Counted from the stretch's first letter, positions 1 to 11,549 are shown. The stretch: DNA of 32,000 bases from Candidatus Helarchaeota ASGARD archaeon Hel_GB_B (GCA_005191425.1 SUPR01000019.1:8789-40788), one strand, 5' to 3'. Notes: a model not told the origin generated them from the sequence alone. Program-made: numbers and translations.

Positions 1-1046
1 ATCATTTCTGCAGGAAATGGGGCTGCTCCAGAAATATATGCTTTAACATTTTTTAAGACTTCACTCGGAATTGTTCTTGATAGCGGTTCTTTCATTATCA
101 TTAAATATAACGAAGGGACATTAGCAATTAAAGTCGGTTTTTTAGATTTCATTTCATTAATAAAGAATTTTATATCTCTGGGGTCTGGTATTAATATTTG
201 CGGATTGGACAAAAAGACTGCAGCTTGACAAAAACATAGTCCTGCTAAATGGAACAGCGGAAATGCTGAAAGACTAATATCTTCACCAGGTGCCAAGTTA
301 ATCCAATTTGAAATTTGCACTAAGTTAGCTATTTGATTTGCATGAGTTAACTGCGTACCTTTTGGTCTACCTGTTGTACCACCAGTATATTGCAATAAGG
401 CAAGGTCCTTGTCGGGGTTGATTTCGACCTTTTTAACATTTGGTCCGGTTTTCAATACCTTCCTAAAATTTATAACTATTTTTTCGGGATGTGGCACGAC
501 CTTACCTTTTGGAATTTTTCCAATTAATTTTCCTAATAATACAATCAACTTTGAAAGCCCCATATAATCAGAAATATTGGTAGTAATTACAATTTCCAAG
601 TTAGGAACTTTACTTAATACATCTTTAGGGATTAAAATATCTGCATAAATTTTATCTAGCGTAATCAATACTTTAGCCCTGCTATCATTAATTTGGTATA
701 TAAGTTCATCAGCACTCAAAAGTGGAGAGCACCCCGATGCTACACCACCAGCTAATAAAGTCCCAAAATGAGTGACCATATATTGAGGGCTATTTGGTAA
801 ATTAATTGCAACAACATCCCCTTTTTTAAAACCATTTTCCTGTAAGTAAGTAGCAAATCTATGGACATAATCTCTAAACTCACCAAAAGAAATCTCCTTT
901 TTTCTCATCCAACAAGCTGGTCTATCAGGAAATCTCTGCATTGATTCATCAAAAATTAATCCAAGACTCTTTTTAGGGTAATCCAAATCTGTTTTTATAT
1001 GTTTATCATATGACTTTGTCCAAAATCTTGAATTATATATCTCCAT
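1..1046 (-). CDS. Long-chain fatty acid--CoA ligase (FadD/LcfA-like), N-terminal part, runs off the window start
   Basis: Not in the ORF track; translated by hand from ATG 1046: MEIYNSRFWTKSYDKHIKTDLDYPKKSLGLIFDESMQRFPDRPACW...LKKGDVVAINLPNSPQY...ALLQYTGGTTGRPKGTQLTHAN...FPLFHLAG...ISGAAPFP. Contains the AMP-binding signature. An in-frame GTG at 1055 is an alternative start. Confidence 0.9.
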   Translation of the reverse strand, partial: MEIYNSRFWTKSYDKHIKTDLDYPKKSLGLIFDESMQRFPDRPACWMRKKEISFGEFRDYVHRFATYLQENGFKKGDVVAINLPNSPQYMVTHFGTLLAGGVASGCSPLLSADELIYQINDSRAKVLITLDKIYADILIPKDVLSKVPNLEIVITTNISDYMGLSKLIVLLGKLIGKIPKGKVVPHPEKIVINFRKVLKTGPNVKKVEINPDKDLALLQYTGGTTGRPKGTQLTHANQIANLVQISNWINLAPGEDISLSAFPLFHLAGLCFCQAAVFLSNPQILIPDPRDIKFFINEMKSKKPTLIANVPSLYLMIMKEPLSRTIPSEVLKNVKAYISGAAPFPAEM

Positions 1047-1322
1047 TATTTTCACATTTCAAAATTCTAATCTCTTTTTCAAAAATAAATGCTTTTTTCT
1101 TTTATTAAGCAATCATGGAAATAACTATAATTAAAATCTACTATAAATAATTTATTGATTTAGAGAAAATTCCTAATAATAGAAATTAGATTTTTTACAT
1201 TATATGTTCAAGGCTCTAATTTGGACTAAATATGACCTATAAAAATTAATAAATTTAAAAAGAGTATTTAATATATAGAACTAATAATAAATAAAATTAT
1301 TAAATTAAATAAAATTATTAAA

Positions 1323-2405
1323 TTATCTTGTGATTTTTTCTTCTTTAAAAACAGAAATTAGATTTTTATTATTTTTAAAATATTCTCTGACCGGTTCTAA
1401 TATTTTAATTAAGTATTCTGATACATTTTTCTTTACATCTTTAGGATGTAAATCTCCATTTTTGTAGAGGCGTTCAAATTCCTCTAATGTTACTGTAATA
1501 TCTCCTCCAAATTGTGATTTTCTTTTAATTTCAAATGTAGCGTCCTTTTTTCTCAAGATTATGTATTTTACTATTTCATAAATGGGATTTTGGTCTAATA
1601 TTTTTTCTGGGCAATAAGCCTTCTTAATTTTTCTCCTAATTTCATCTGGTGAATCTAAAATGAAAATTGCTGAATCTGGTTTGCTTTTACTTTGTTTTGA
1701 GCTAATTTGCTTATCTATATTAATGTCTACATCATATCCCATACGTTCTTGGAGAATTAAGCCCATTAGAAGATGGTGGTGCACAGCTACTGGTTTCCAA
1801 AAGCCTAGCTTTGGCCCTACTTCTCTGGCTAACATATTGACATTTCTCTGGTCCATTCCTAATTGATTTATATCTACTTCTAATTCAAAAATATCTGCAC
1901 ATTGGAGCGCGGGGTATAATAAATGGGCAAAAGTAAGTCCTTCGTTTTTAGTCCTGCCAAGAATGGGTAGACAACGTTGAATTCTCTTAAGAGTAGTCTT
2001 AGTAGATATCCTCATAACTTTTTCCCAATAACTTTCATTGGCAATTAAATCACTTGCATAAATATATTCAACATCATTTACTCCTAAAGCTGACCAACCC
2101 GCTTTGAAATATTCTGCCACTTTTTTTATTTTATCTATATTACCGCCCATTTTTTTGTTTAAAAATGCATGCCAATCAGCTAATAACACTTTATACTTTA
2201 TTCCTGCTTCTATAAAATCCATCATTTTAAAAGCTGAAATTAGTCCTGTTCCTAGGTGCATCTGTCCGCTGGGCTCAAACCCGTTATAAGCAATTGGATG
2301 CTCCTTCGTCTCAAATAATTCTTTTAATTCCTTTAAATTTATTATTTCTTCAGTCGGTGGACGCTTTATCAAATTTATTTTTTCTTCAATGTCCATTTTA
2401 GTCAT
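1323..2405 (-). CDS. tyrS: Tyrosine--tRNA ligase, archaeal type
   Basis: AYNGFEPSGQMHLGT (HIGH-like), LLADWHA, YPALQCADIF (Tyr pocket Y/Q/D), GMDQR, KQSKSKPDSAIF (KMSKS-like), AYCP, LHPKDVK. Confidence 0.95.
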   Translation of the reverse strand: MTKMDIEEKINLIKRPPTEEIINLKELKELFETKEHPIAYNGFEPSGQMHLGTGLISAFKMMDFIEAGIKYKVLLADWHAFLNKKMGGNIDKIKKVAEYFKAGWSALGVNDVEYIYASDLIANESYWEKVMRISTKTTLKRIQRCLPILGRTKNEGLTFAHLLYPALQCADIFELEVDINQLGMDQRNVNMLAREVGPKLGFWKPVAVHHHLLMGLILQERMGYDVDINIDKQISSKQSKSKPDSAIFILDSPDEIRRKIKKAYCPEKILDQNPIYEIVKYIILRKKDATFEIKRKSQFGGDITVTLEEFERLYKNGDLHPKDVKKNVSEYLIKILEPVREYFKNNKNLISVFKEEKITR

Positions 2406-2453
2406 CCTTACTATTAGTTATTTTAAAAATTCACCAATTCTTTTAAACATTTT

Positions 2454-3284
2454 CTAATTTGATTTATTAAATTTTATGAATCCGATATTAAAACATCCTA
2501 ATTGTTGCTCTTCAATATCTAAATTGCCATATAACCTTAATAGAAACTCCTTTAATTCTTGGACTATTTTATCATGAATATTTTTCGGGACTTGCGTGTG
2601 CCACGTCATACTCTGGTCTTCAAATTCTATTAAGCTTTTTTTAAGACTTTTTTTCACAGAATATGTCCCCTCAAATATTTCGATTTGCGCGTTTAATTCA
2701 TTTTTAATAAATTCAGGAATTTCAGCCCAATCTGCACCGTAATAAAAAAGTGGATATCCGTATTTTTCTCTTAATTCAAGATATTTATCATTAGACGGAC
2801 ATTTGTTTAGAATTTTTTTACCTGGTCCGCCAGTGATAATAACTAGTAGTCTATTATCCTTAATACACCTTTTTACTTCTCTGATTGCATCCTTCCACCT
2901 TGGGAGAATATGAACCGCTCTTACCATTAATGATAAATCAAATTTATCTTTTTTAAATGGTAAATAATAGGCATCAGCTAAGATCATTTCTAAATCTGAA
3001 TTCTTATATTTTTTCTGTAATATCTTGAGCATTTTCTTTGATATATCGATCCCAATATACTTTGGTACTAAATTTCTTAGATTTGGCAGATAACTTATTA
3101 CCATTCCTGTCCCTATACCCACCTCTAATACGATAGGTCTATCTCCTTTTTTAAAGCCGGATTTCTTGAATATTAAGGATATTATTGATTGAAATGAATT
3201 TGATATTTCTCTAGTCTTATCATAAATATCCGCAAAAATATCAAAATTAAAATATTTTTTAAGATCATTAATATTTTTGTCCAT
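2454..3284 (-). CDS. Class I SAM-dependent methyltransferase (UbiE/Methyltransf_11-like)
   Basis: VLEVGIGTG motif I, GIDISKKML, ADAYYLPFKKDKFD. Ends in TAG. Confidence 0.85.
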   Translation of the reverse strand: MDKNINDLKKYFNFDIFADIYDKTREISNSFQSIISLIFKKSGFKKGDRPIVLEVGIGTGMVISYLPNLRNLVPKYIGIDISKKMLKILQKKYKNSDLEMILADAYYLPFKKDKFDLSLMVRAVHILPRWKDAIREVKRCIKDNRLLVIITGGPGKKILNKCPSNDKYLELREKYGYPLFYYGADWAEIPEFIKNELNAQIEIFEGTYSVKKSLKKSLIEFEDQSMTWHTQVPKNIHDKIVQELKEFLLRLYGNLDIEEQQLGCFNIGFIKFNKSN

Positions 3285-3486
3285 AATAATATCCTTTTAA
3301 CCAATTTTTTTCCTAAATTTACACAACATGATGTTTATTAATTTATAGATAAAAATATTTTTCCAAAATACACATTTTTAAATACTAAATTTTTTAACTT
3401 ATTATTATAAAAAATATCTTCAATTAGACTAAAAAATTGATTAGTTATTTTCAGTATAACTGTTTAGAATATAACATCCAGATATA

Positions 3487-3651
3487 TTAACCCTTAACTT
3501 GTCCACAATCATTAAAAAAGTCGCAAATTATGCATTCAAATCTATTCTTTTTAAAGGTCTTAAAATCCTGAAAACAAGATGGGATTGATTTTATAGTTGT
3601 TTTATGTTTATCTTTTAGTATCTTTTCTTTAATTTTTCGAGTAATTACCAT
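3487..3651 (-). CDS. Small basic Cys4 protein (C-x13-C-x2-C-x5-C), putative Zn or Fe-S binder, 54 aa
   Basis: The internal ATG at 3651 has a GGTGG RBS-like motif upstream. Sequence MVITRK...PSCFQDF...ECIICDFFNDC. Confidence 0.5.
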   Translation of the reverse strand: MVITRKIKEKILKDKHKTTIKSIPSCFQDFKTFKKNRFECIICDFFNDCGQVKG

Positions 3652-3981
3652 AAATTCCACCACAAGTATTCGATAAAGAAATATATATAAACACATCAAT
3701 TCTTAAAAATTTGATAAAAGATCAAACCAAAATATAAAAATATCCAATAGAAATTGATTTCTAATCATAATTCTTGAAATTTAAAAAAAAAATAAAATAA
3801 AGATTAAAGTGATAAAATATAATAAGCTTAGTTAATAATTTAAATATAAAGACCAAATAAAAAATAACATAAAAGACTTAATTTTTACCAAAATTAAAAG
3901 AAATAATCTACATCTAATATATATTCTATTAAAAATAATAAATAAAAAGATTCTTTATTATGCTCTTCTATTCTAATTAAT

Positions 3982-4734
3982 TTACACATGGCGATCTACT
4001 AAAATTCTTGCATTTTCAGGGCAATGAGACACACATAGTCCACAACCTTTACATAATTTTAAATTTGTTTCTACTTTTTTATCGTTAGTAAATTTAATAG
4101 CATTAAATTGGCAATAATCGATACATATTCCACACCCTGAATATTTTTCCACATTATATTGGACAATAAAATCTGATGGTTTAATTAAATAGGTTTGTTC
4201 TCCAAATAGTTTATAGGTATTCAAAACCACACAACAACAAGAACAGCAATTACATATGACATAGAAAAAGTCTTTATTCGGGAAGTGACTTAATTGGTGT
4301 ACCAATCCCCATTCATCAGCTAACTTTAGTATTTTAAAAATTTCTTCTTTTGAAATTTTCATATTAAACCCGGCATTATCTATTTCTTCTAGGTTTTGTC
4401 CTCTTGCTAGTATAATACATGTATGGACTGGAGCTTTGCAATTTTTATCATGATAAAAAAGTGTCCTACAAAAGCAATCTGTAATGCCTACAACTTCTGC
4501 ACGTTGGACCAACTCATAAATTTCTTGTGATGGTCTTACCTCTACTTCAGTCGAAATGGTCTGCTTTACAGGAATTACACGTCCTCCCTACACATTATGA
4601 ATTTTTCGATAAAAATAATACCTGAAATTTTTAATAAATAGTTTTTTAATAATTCTGACAAAAGTTAGCATCGGAATTTCTAAAAATTTTCCGAAATAAG
4701 TGGAAAATCTTCTTTTAATAGATGCATTTTTCAT
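3982..4734 (-). pseudogene. 4Fe-4S dicluster-domain protein interrupted by an in-frame TAG at codon 49 (250 aa if read through)
   Basis: Track ORFs 4588..4806 and 3982..4512 share a frame. ATG 4734 has a GGAG RBS. Sequence ...KIHNV*GGRVIPVKQTI...DCFCR...C...TC...ICNCCSCCC...YSGCGICIDYC...CKGCGLCVSHCP. The first ferredoxin Cys is Tyr (TAT). Confidence 0.75.
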
Positions 4735-4750
4735 TATAATCTCCAAATTC

Positions 4751-5923
4751 TTAAAATTTAATGGGATAGACCCCATATTTTTTTGTAATATTGAGCATAC
4801 CTTCAATATAATTCGCCGGAATCGTATTAGGTGGAATAGAATGGTCTGCAGCCATAATAAATCCTCCGCCAGGTCCTAAATTCTTTATTAATTTTATTGT
4901 ATAATCTTTAACTTCCTCTATTGTCCCATTTGTTAATAAAGGCATTGGGACATTTCCGACAAGCGTGATTTTATCTCCAAATTTTTCATGAATTTCAAAA
5001 ATATCCATTGGAACTGTAGACTGTATCGGGTTTAAGCCATCAAATCCGCTTTCAATGAAATCCGGGATTAATTTTCTGATATTACCACATGAGTGCAAAA
5101 TAATTTTAGAGCCATTTTTATGGACAACATTACAAATTTTTTTGTGCCATGGATAAATATACTTCTGTAAAAATTTTGGAGACATAATTGGCCCTAATTT
5201 CTCACCAAGATCTTCGCTTAACCATATAATTTCTGGCGGTGGGTCTATTTCCATAAATCTTTTAATTTTTTCAAAAGTATAAGAGCCGCTATCTTCAAAA
5301 ACTCGTTTAATAAATTTTTGTTCTTGATATAGTAATTTTGTAAATAATTCCATCCCAAATCCATTCCAAATTCGACCGAAAATTTCTCCAAAAGATGGTA
5401 AAATTACAATCTCATTGACCTTTTTTCTAATTTTTTGGTATCCATTAATTATTTGGTCAATTTTTGGATCATCAGCACTTGGTATATCCCATTCATCATA
5501 ATCTTCTTTACTTGTCCAATATCCTCCCACATAATAAAAACTCTCTGCTCCCTCAGGTAATTTTTGTATTTTCATTTTTGACCCCCAATCAGTTACAATT
5601 GTATTTTTATCGAGAAACTTAATATAAAGTGGTGGATTTGCCATAAAATATGTCAAATCTGCCCCTAAATTCTCATAAAATTTATAAAGCTTTAGTAGAT
5701 AATTTTCTCGAATAGGTGTCAATTTTCTATAAAACCAACTAAGGATATGCCTCCACCCAATCAACCAACTCACAACATTTATTATTGACTTTAAACTTGA
5801 TATTATTTGAGGACCATCATACATTTCAATTATCTTAATGGAATCAATTAGGTCTCCAAAAATTGGTATTCTATCTGGTTCTTTATGTTCTAATGTAGTT
5901 ATAACCCGATCTAAAGAATTCAT
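4751..5923 (-). CDS. Uroporphyrinogen decarboxylase / MtaA-CmuA family protein
   Basis: DRVITTLEHKEPDRIP start, SEDLG, ILHSCGN, GFDGLNPIQ, TLVGNV, GGGFIMAADHSI. These are typical UroD-superfamily metal-ligand motifs. Confidence 0.85.
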   Translation of the reverse strand: MNSLDRVITTLEHKEPDRIPIFGDLIDSIKIIEMYDGPQIISSLKSIINVVSWLIGWRHILSWFYRKLTPIRENYLLKLYKFYENLGADLTYFMANPPLYIKFLDKNTIVTDWGSKMKIQKLPEGAESFYYVGGYWTSKEDYDEWDIPSADDPKIDQIINGYQKIRKKVNEIVILPSFGEIFGRIWNGFGMELFTKLLYQEQKFIKRVFEDSGSYTFEKIKRFMEIDPPPEIIWLSEDLGEKLGPIMSPKFLQKYIYPWHKKICNVVHKNGSKIILHSCGNIRKLIPDFIESGFDGLNPIQSTVPMDIFEIHEKFGDKITLVGNVPMPLLTNGTIEEVKDYTIKLIKNLGPGGGFIMAADHSIPPNTIPANYIEGMLNITKKYGVYPIKF

Positions 5924-6159
5924 TTTTAATCATTCAGTTTGTTATTTATACTTTAAAATAAAATTTTAATTTAAAATGGGATTTAAAAATAATTTATTAG
6001 TCATACAGTGTTATTCGAGTATTTATAAATTATTAATGGTATTAATTTTATAATTATTAAGCACTTTTTTTAAAAAATCTAAATTATAAAGAATGTTTTT
6101 GTAATTTTATAACTTTTTATAATATTGGAAGACATAATCATAAAAGTATCTTGGATTTA

Positions 6160-9100
6160 TTACTCCAAATCTCCTTCTAAATTAATAATTATGTTTTTTA
6201 ACTCATTTAATCTATCTTGGGAAGTGTTCCAATATCCACGATTTTCTGACTCTACTAATAATTCACAAATTTTCATAGTGGCGTATGGATTATTTTCAAG
6301 CAATTTTTTTCGCAATTTTTCATTAAAAATCAAATTATTTGCTACTTCGTCAAAGACCCAATTTTCTACTTTATGAGTTGTGGCTGCAAATCCTAATAAA
6401 TGCTCTATTCTATCTTTGATTTTTTTAGTTCCATGGAATTCATGTTTTAACATACCTTTAATCCATTTTGGGTTTAATATTCTAGTCCTTACTGAGCGTT
6501 CAATGCTAATTTTCAAATCTTCGACAATCACTTCCTCTTCTGTAGAATCAATTATCAGTTCGTCGCTATTTTCTCCCCTAACATCTTGAACTGTCCTTGA
6601 TAATCCCCCTAAAAATTCATAATAATGGTCTAAATCTGTTATTTCATATTCTATATTATCTCTTTCTTGGGTTATTAAATTTATATTTTTTAAATTGTTG
6701 GCAAAAGCTTGTTCATTTTTTATAATTTTACCTTGAAAATATAAATAGCTCATACTCTCTTTATAACTTTTTACAAGGTCTTTTTCATCTTTCCAGGCAC
6801 TATTTTCTACTAGCGTTCTCATAGCAGTGGCATATTCTGTAGGTGATGGACCAAAAATTCTAGCCATTGCAAAATCTTTCAGGTCTTTTTTCATTTTAAG
6901 GTAATGTTTTTTGATATAATTTTTTTCAATGTCTTCATCAAGATTTGCGACCATTTCAATTGCTCGGTTTATCAACTCTATGTGTGTCATAAATGTGTCG
7001 CGAAAAATACCACATATTGTAATGACAACATCTATTCTTGGCCTTTTAAGGTCTTCTAGTGGTATAACTTTAAGTTCTTTAAACCACGGATTCTTTTTAT
7101 GTAAAATTTCCACGCCAAGAAGTGATAGGATAGTCGCGATAGTATCCCCTCCGGTTTTCATAGTCTCAAAACCCCATAAAACAATTCCGATGCTTTCTGG
7201 AAATTTTTCATATTTATCAAAATATGATTGGATTAATAATTCTGCTGCCTTTTTGCCCCTTAATTCTGCAATTACAGTTGGAATTTGTCTAGGATCAAAG
7301 GCATACATTGCTCTACCTGATGGATATACATCGGGATCTCTGATAGGATCACCGCCCCGATATGGAAATATATATCTTCCTTCTAAAGATTTTAATAGAC
7401 TTGTACTCTCATCAAATTTTTCAATTCCTCTAAAAATATCATTTACATAATTAATATAATTTTTAGGAATCCATTTAGGAATATTTTTGTTCTCTATGAT
7501 ACTCTCTATAACTTTAAATGCTTCTTTTTCTATTGATTTAGAGATTTTACTATCTTTAATTTTTTCCCAATCCAAATTTTTCTGCTTGGAAACTAATTTA
7601 AAAATTGATGGGAATTCTCGGTCTATTCTTAAAGTGCTAAGCAAATATTCTAGTAATTCTTTTTTATTATATTTTCTGTCCATTATGTGTAGTCCATAAG
7701 GGATAAGTCTTCTACGCATTCTATATATTTCTTTTTTTAGCTGTCTAATTTCTAAAGGTAAATTTAATTCACTTGCCGTTTCTAGAATTAATTCCAAAGT
7801 CTTTTCATCGTTACTACTTTCATATTGGTCCAATAATTCATCAAGGACTAAATATTTTTCATATAATCCCGAATATGTCATTGGTGGTGATGCATGAGAA
7901 ATACATAACGCATAAGAACGTCTTTTTGCTATTGTAGATTCAGATGTATTCCCAATCCAATAATAATATATATGTGGCAGATTTCCAATTAAAATATCTG
8001 GGAAACAGTTTCTTGATAGAGCTACCTCTTTTCCTTTAGTAAATTCTAGCGTTCCGTGCATTCCAAAATGAATTATTGCATCTGCATTGAATTCATTCTC
8101 AATATAGCGGTAAAATGCAAGATATTGATGATGGGGCGGTAAATCTTTGTCATGATATGCTTTATCCAGGTCTTCATGAACTCCGCGTGAAGGTTGAATA
8201 CCCAAGAAAATATTTCCCAATATTATCCCTGGAATTATTATATTATTCCCGTTTGTCATTATCATTCCAGGTGGCTCTCCCCATTTTTCAATTACCTCAT
8301 TTTGTATTTCTTTTGATAGGCTTTTAAACCATTTTATATAATTTTCCAAAGAAATTTTCAATCCTTTTTTTTCAATATATCTTGGAGAATTTACAAGCCC
8401 TTTTGACAAAAATAAATCTTTTAAATCTTGGTCTGGGATCTCTACATTATACCCTGCAGATTTCAGCTTGTTTAAAAAGATTTCCAGACTTTTAAAAACA
8501 TCTAAATATCCTGCATTTCCGACATTTTCTTCACCTGGCGGATAATTATAAGTAATTATTGCAATTTTCTTATCGGAATTTGCTTTCATTCTTAAATTTA
8601 TCCATTTTAAAATTCTATTGCATAACTTTTGGACTCCATCTTCTAATACTGCAATTTTTTTTATCTTTCCCAATTCATTGTCAATATCGCTTTTAAGAAG
8701 TCCAATTATTATTGGTTCAATACCGCCATCTAATTCTGGTAATATTATTCCTAGTGCAACTTCAAGAGGATTTAAGCCATTTTTATCCATTTGCCAGTTA
8801 TCTATTTCAGTTTCATATGAACTTAATCCAATTAAATAAGGAGAATCATTTTTTATTAAAAAATCATAAGTTGGCTCGGGTTCTCCCCCATAGGGCCCAC
8901 CATGAATCCTAAAATATTGCAAATTTAAAAATAAATCAGTATATTTCAGATACTTATTAATAGCAAAAATATTGTACTCTACTTTTGAAAATACAATTAT
9001 TAAATTAACTTTGTCTTTTAAATGATTAAAGATACTATCTACTAAAGGCCTATTATCATCAAAATGCATTCCACCATAAAATAAGATCCCTACTGATGGT

Positions 9101-9765
9101 CTATTACTATTAAATTTGATTTTATTTTTGTATTCAGTTAAATCTTCAAAAAATCCTACTTGTGGAAGATAAAGGCCAAATGGCGGTTGCTTTTTTGGTG
9201 GTGGTACCTTTTTTATTTGTTTCATATTTGCATAATTTTTTAATAAAAATAAGATAAGATTTTTTAGATTCTCAGTTCCGCCCTCAGCAAAGTATTCTTG
9301 GGCTAAAATCCAATTTCTCATATCTTTTAATATACCAATTGGTAAAATTCGACCTAATTTCTTGGTAAATTCTGAAATTTTTTGCATTTTTAAAAATTTA
9401 TGTATATCAAATTCCACATCTTTATTGGGTTTAAAAATCATACTACCTTTAAATTTTCCCATATTTAGAAAGGAATAGATTTGCTGACTTCCTGCAACTA
9501 AAACAACAATGGTTTTGTCTAACCCTTTCAATAAACTTGATAACTCTCTTCCTACTCTAATATCGCCCCTAATATCAATAAGAATGATATCTGATTCAAT
9601 TATTTTATTCTTTATTTCTTGTAGTGAAATATTGTTGTTTTCAAATTCATCAAAATAAACTTTATGCACCTCAACAATTTTACCATATTCTAACTTTATC
9701 TCATTAATTGCTTCTTTTAAGCTAGTTGTATTATTTATTGTAGTTAATGCCAAGATTCGTTTCAC
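6160..9765 (-). CDS. Class I chelatase large subunit (CobN/ChlH/BchH family), ChlH-like
   Basis: [91 protein letters not shown] start overlaps the upstream TGA, with a GGAGGAG RBS. Confidence 0.92.
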   Translation of the reverse strand: MKRILALTTINNTTSLKEAINEIKLEYGKIVEVHKVYFDEFENNNISLQEIKNKIIESDIILIDIRGDIRVGRELSSLLKGLDKTIVVLVAGSQQIYSFLNMGKFKGSMIFKPNKDVEFDIHKFLKMQKISEFTKKLGRILPIGILKDMRNWILAQEYFAEGGTENLKNLILFLLKNYANMKQIKKVPPPKKQPPFGLYLPQVGFFEDLTEYKNKIKFNSNRPSVGILFYGGMHFDDNRPLVDSIFNHLKDKVNLIIVFSKVEYNIFAINKYLKYTDLFLNLQYFRIHGGPYGGEPEPTYDFLIKNDSPYLIGLSSYETEIDNWQMDKNGLNPLEVALGIILPELDGGIEPIIIGLLKSDIDNELGKIKKIAVLEDGVQKLCNRILKWINLRMKANSDKKIAIITYNYPPGEENVGNAGYLDVFKSLEIFLNKLKSAGYNVEIPDQDLKDLFLSKGLVNSPRYIEKKGLKISLENYIKWFKSLSKEIQNEVIEKWGEPPGMIMTNGNNIIIPGIILGNIFLGIQPSRGVHEDLDKAYHDKDLPPHHQYLAFYRYIENEFNADAIIHFGMHGTLEFTKGKEVALSRNCFPDILIGNLPHIYYYWIGNTSESTIAKRRSYALCISHASPPMTYSGLYEKYLVLDELLDQYESSNDEKTLELILETASELNLPLEIRQLKKEIYRMRRRLIPYGLHIMDRKYNKKELLEYLLSTLRIDREFPSIFKLVSKQKNLDWEKIKDSKISKSIEKEAFKVIESIIENKNIPKWIPKNYINYVNDIFRGIEKFDESTSLLKSLEGRYIFPYRGGDPIRDPDVYPSGRAMYAFDPRQIPTVIAELRGKKAAELLIQSYFDKYEKFPESIGIVLWGFETMKTGGDTIATILSLLGVEILHKKNPWFKELKVIPLEDLKRPRIDVVITICGIFRDTFMTHIELINRAIEMVANLDEDIEKNYIKKHYLKMKKDLKDFAMARIFGPSPTEYATAMRTLVENSAWKDEKDLVKSYKESMSYLYFQGKIIKNEQAFANNLKNINLITQERDNIEYEITDLDHYYEFLGGLSRTVQDVRGENSDELIIDSTEEEVIVEDLKISIERSVRTRILNPKWIKGMLKHEFHGTKKIKDRIEHLLGFAATTHKVENWVFDEVANNLIFNEKLRKKLLENNPYATMKICELLVESENRGYWNTSQDRLNELKNIIINLEGDLE

Positions 9766-11549
9766 ATTATCTCCTCCAAATAAAAGTGTGATGCGTTAAA
9801 TATCTTGGATATCTTTTCGAGTATTCCTATACTTTTATACCTATTTTCTGCATTGATAATTACAAAATTTGTATTATTTGAAATTGAATTAAGAAATTTA
9901 ATGTCTTCATCGATATTATTTTTTATAAATACATTACCTTTACCATCTGAAATCAATACTATAGTTGGAGTATTATTTTTATATTTATTAGCCAATTCAA
10001 TTGCTTTATATAGAGCTATAGTCAATGGAGTTTTACCACCAGTAGGTAGGTCCTGTAAAGCTTCTTCTATTTTTATCATATCTCTAGTGGGATTAACTAA
10101 AATACGTGCATTTTCTCCCCTAAATGATATAAGACCTACTTTATTTTTTCCTTCATAGGACTTTTTAAGGAGAAGCCACGACAATGTTTTGGCGAATTTT
10201 ATTTTTTTATCGATTCTCATTGACGAAGATGAATCCAATAATATTATGTATAGCGAGCTACTTTTCCCAATTCGTATTTTTTCCATTAAATGTTCAGGTA
10301 ATATTTCCAATTTCCCGTTTTCTCTCACAGATTTTCTAATAGTAGCATCTATGGCAATATTTTTAGGTTTATCACTATTTCTTGCTTTAATATATAGTCC
10401 TCGCTCACTGTTAATCTTGAATAAATCTTTACCTTTAGATATCCCGTATATTTTTGAATTTAATAAATTATTTTTAATCTCACCTTGTCTATCAAAATCA
10501 AATACTTCTTCATTAACTTTAGTCCTAATCATTTTCTGAATAGATTCAGGTGTAAGTTGTTTTCTTTTATCAAAAGGATCTTGCCTTAATCTATGGTTTA
10601 ATGCTAATTGAGTTGCTTCTATTAAATCATTTTCAATTACATAATTTCTTCCATCTAATGCCATTAAGGCTTTTATTACTTTTTCCATTACAATATCTGC
10701 TCGATGCGTTTTTATACCCAAGGATATCGTAATTTCTACTATTTTTTCAAGAATTTCATCAGGAATGTCTATAATATCTATATTCATTTGGGCTTTCGCT
10801 ATTTTTTCTCTTAATCTATCAATTTCATTTTTAAATTTACTTTCAAATTTCCATGGATCTTTATCAAATTCTGATCTATATTTTACAACTTTCATTCTAT
10901 CTTCTTTATTACTTAGCGCTGATATATTAACGCAAAGCCCAAACCTGTCCAATAATTGAGGCCTCAAATCTCCTTCTTCTGGGTTCATCGTCCCGACTAA
11001 TATAAATCTTGATGGATGATATATGGAAATCCCTTCTCGTTCAATTATATTAACGCCCATTGCAGCTGCATCTAATAAAATGTTTGCAAGATGATCGTCA
11101 AGTAAATTCACTTCATCAATATACAATATATTCCTGTTAGCTTTTGCCAATATTCCAGGTTCTAAAGCCTTTACTCCTTCTTTAAGTGCCTTCTTTATGT
11201 CTATTGTTCCTACGACCATATCTTCAGTTGCAGATAATGGCATATCTATAATCTCCATTCTCCGTTCTATCCACGGTAATTTTCCTTCTTCCTTAAATCT
11301 TTTCTGACATGTAGGACACATTAATCTTAAATTTTCCGGATCGCAATTAAACGGACAATCCTTAACAACTTTTATTTTTGGTAATAAATCCATTAATGCA
11401 CGGACTGCTGTCGATTTTCCTGTCCCTTTATCACCATTAATTAGTACTCCACCTATTAATGGGTCAATAGCATTAATCAATAATGCTTTTTTCATTAAAT
11501 CTTGTCCAATTATTGCTGTAAATGGGAAAATTACAAATTTATGGTTCAA
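9762..11549 (-). CDS. Class I chelatase AAA+ subunit, ChlI/ChlD-type with C-terminal vWA domain
   Basis: [18 protein letters not shown] (Walker A), [23 protein letters not shown] (Walker B), [19 protein letters not shown], vWA MIDAS DSSSSM, GGKTPL, LISDG. TTG start with a GGTGA RBS. Confidence 0.92.
   Translation of the reverse strand: MNHKFVIFPFTAIIGQDLMKKALLINAIDPLIGGVLINGDKGTGKSTAVRALMDLLPKIKVVKDCPFNCDPENLRLMCPTCQKRFKEEGKLPWIERRMEIIDMPLSATEDMVVGTIDIKKALKEGVKALEPGILAKANRNILYIDEVNLLDDHLANILLDAAAMGVNIIEREGISIYHPSRFILVGTMNPEEGDLRPQLLDRFGLCVNISALSNKEDRMKVVKYRSEFDKDPWKFESKFKNEIDRLREKIAKAQMNIDIIDIPDEILEKIVEITISLGIKTHRADIVMEKVIKALMALDGRNYVIENDLIEATQLALNHRLRQDPFDKRKQLTPESIQKMIRTKVNEEVFDFDRQGEIKNNLLNSKIYGISKGKDLFKINSERGLYIKARNSDKPKNIAIDATIRKSVRENGKLEILPEHLMEKIRIGKSSSLYIILLDSSSSMRIDKKIKFAKTLSWLLLKKSYEGKNKVGLISFRGENARILVNPTRDMIKIEEALQDLPTGGKTPLTIALYKAIELANKYKNNTPTIVLISDGKGNVFIKNNIDEDIKFLNSISNNTNFVIINAENRYKSIGILEKISKIFNASHFYLEEIM

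Noticed and set aside
1660-2289. Plus-strand ORFs 1660..1866 and 2104..2289
   Set aside because: Antisense shadows of tyrS with no motifs.
4735-4806. 5' extension of track ORF 4588..4806
   Set aside because: Overlaps the UroD-family gene end. The ATG at 4734 has the RBS, so only the downstream part is treated as coding.
6125-10959. Plus-strand ORFs opposite the chelatase genes (6125..6376, 6380..6589, 6929..7450, 7487..7699, 8115..8327, 8618..8839, 8712..8912, 9805..10158, 10189..10539, 10765..10959)
   Set aside because: Ser/Ile/Phe-rich antisense shadows of well-supported genes.
6160-11549. Reading the ChlH/ChlI-like genes as evidence of chlorophyll synthesis
   Set aside because: No bch/chl pathway or reaction-centre genes are present, and class I chelatases occur widely in non-phototrophs.
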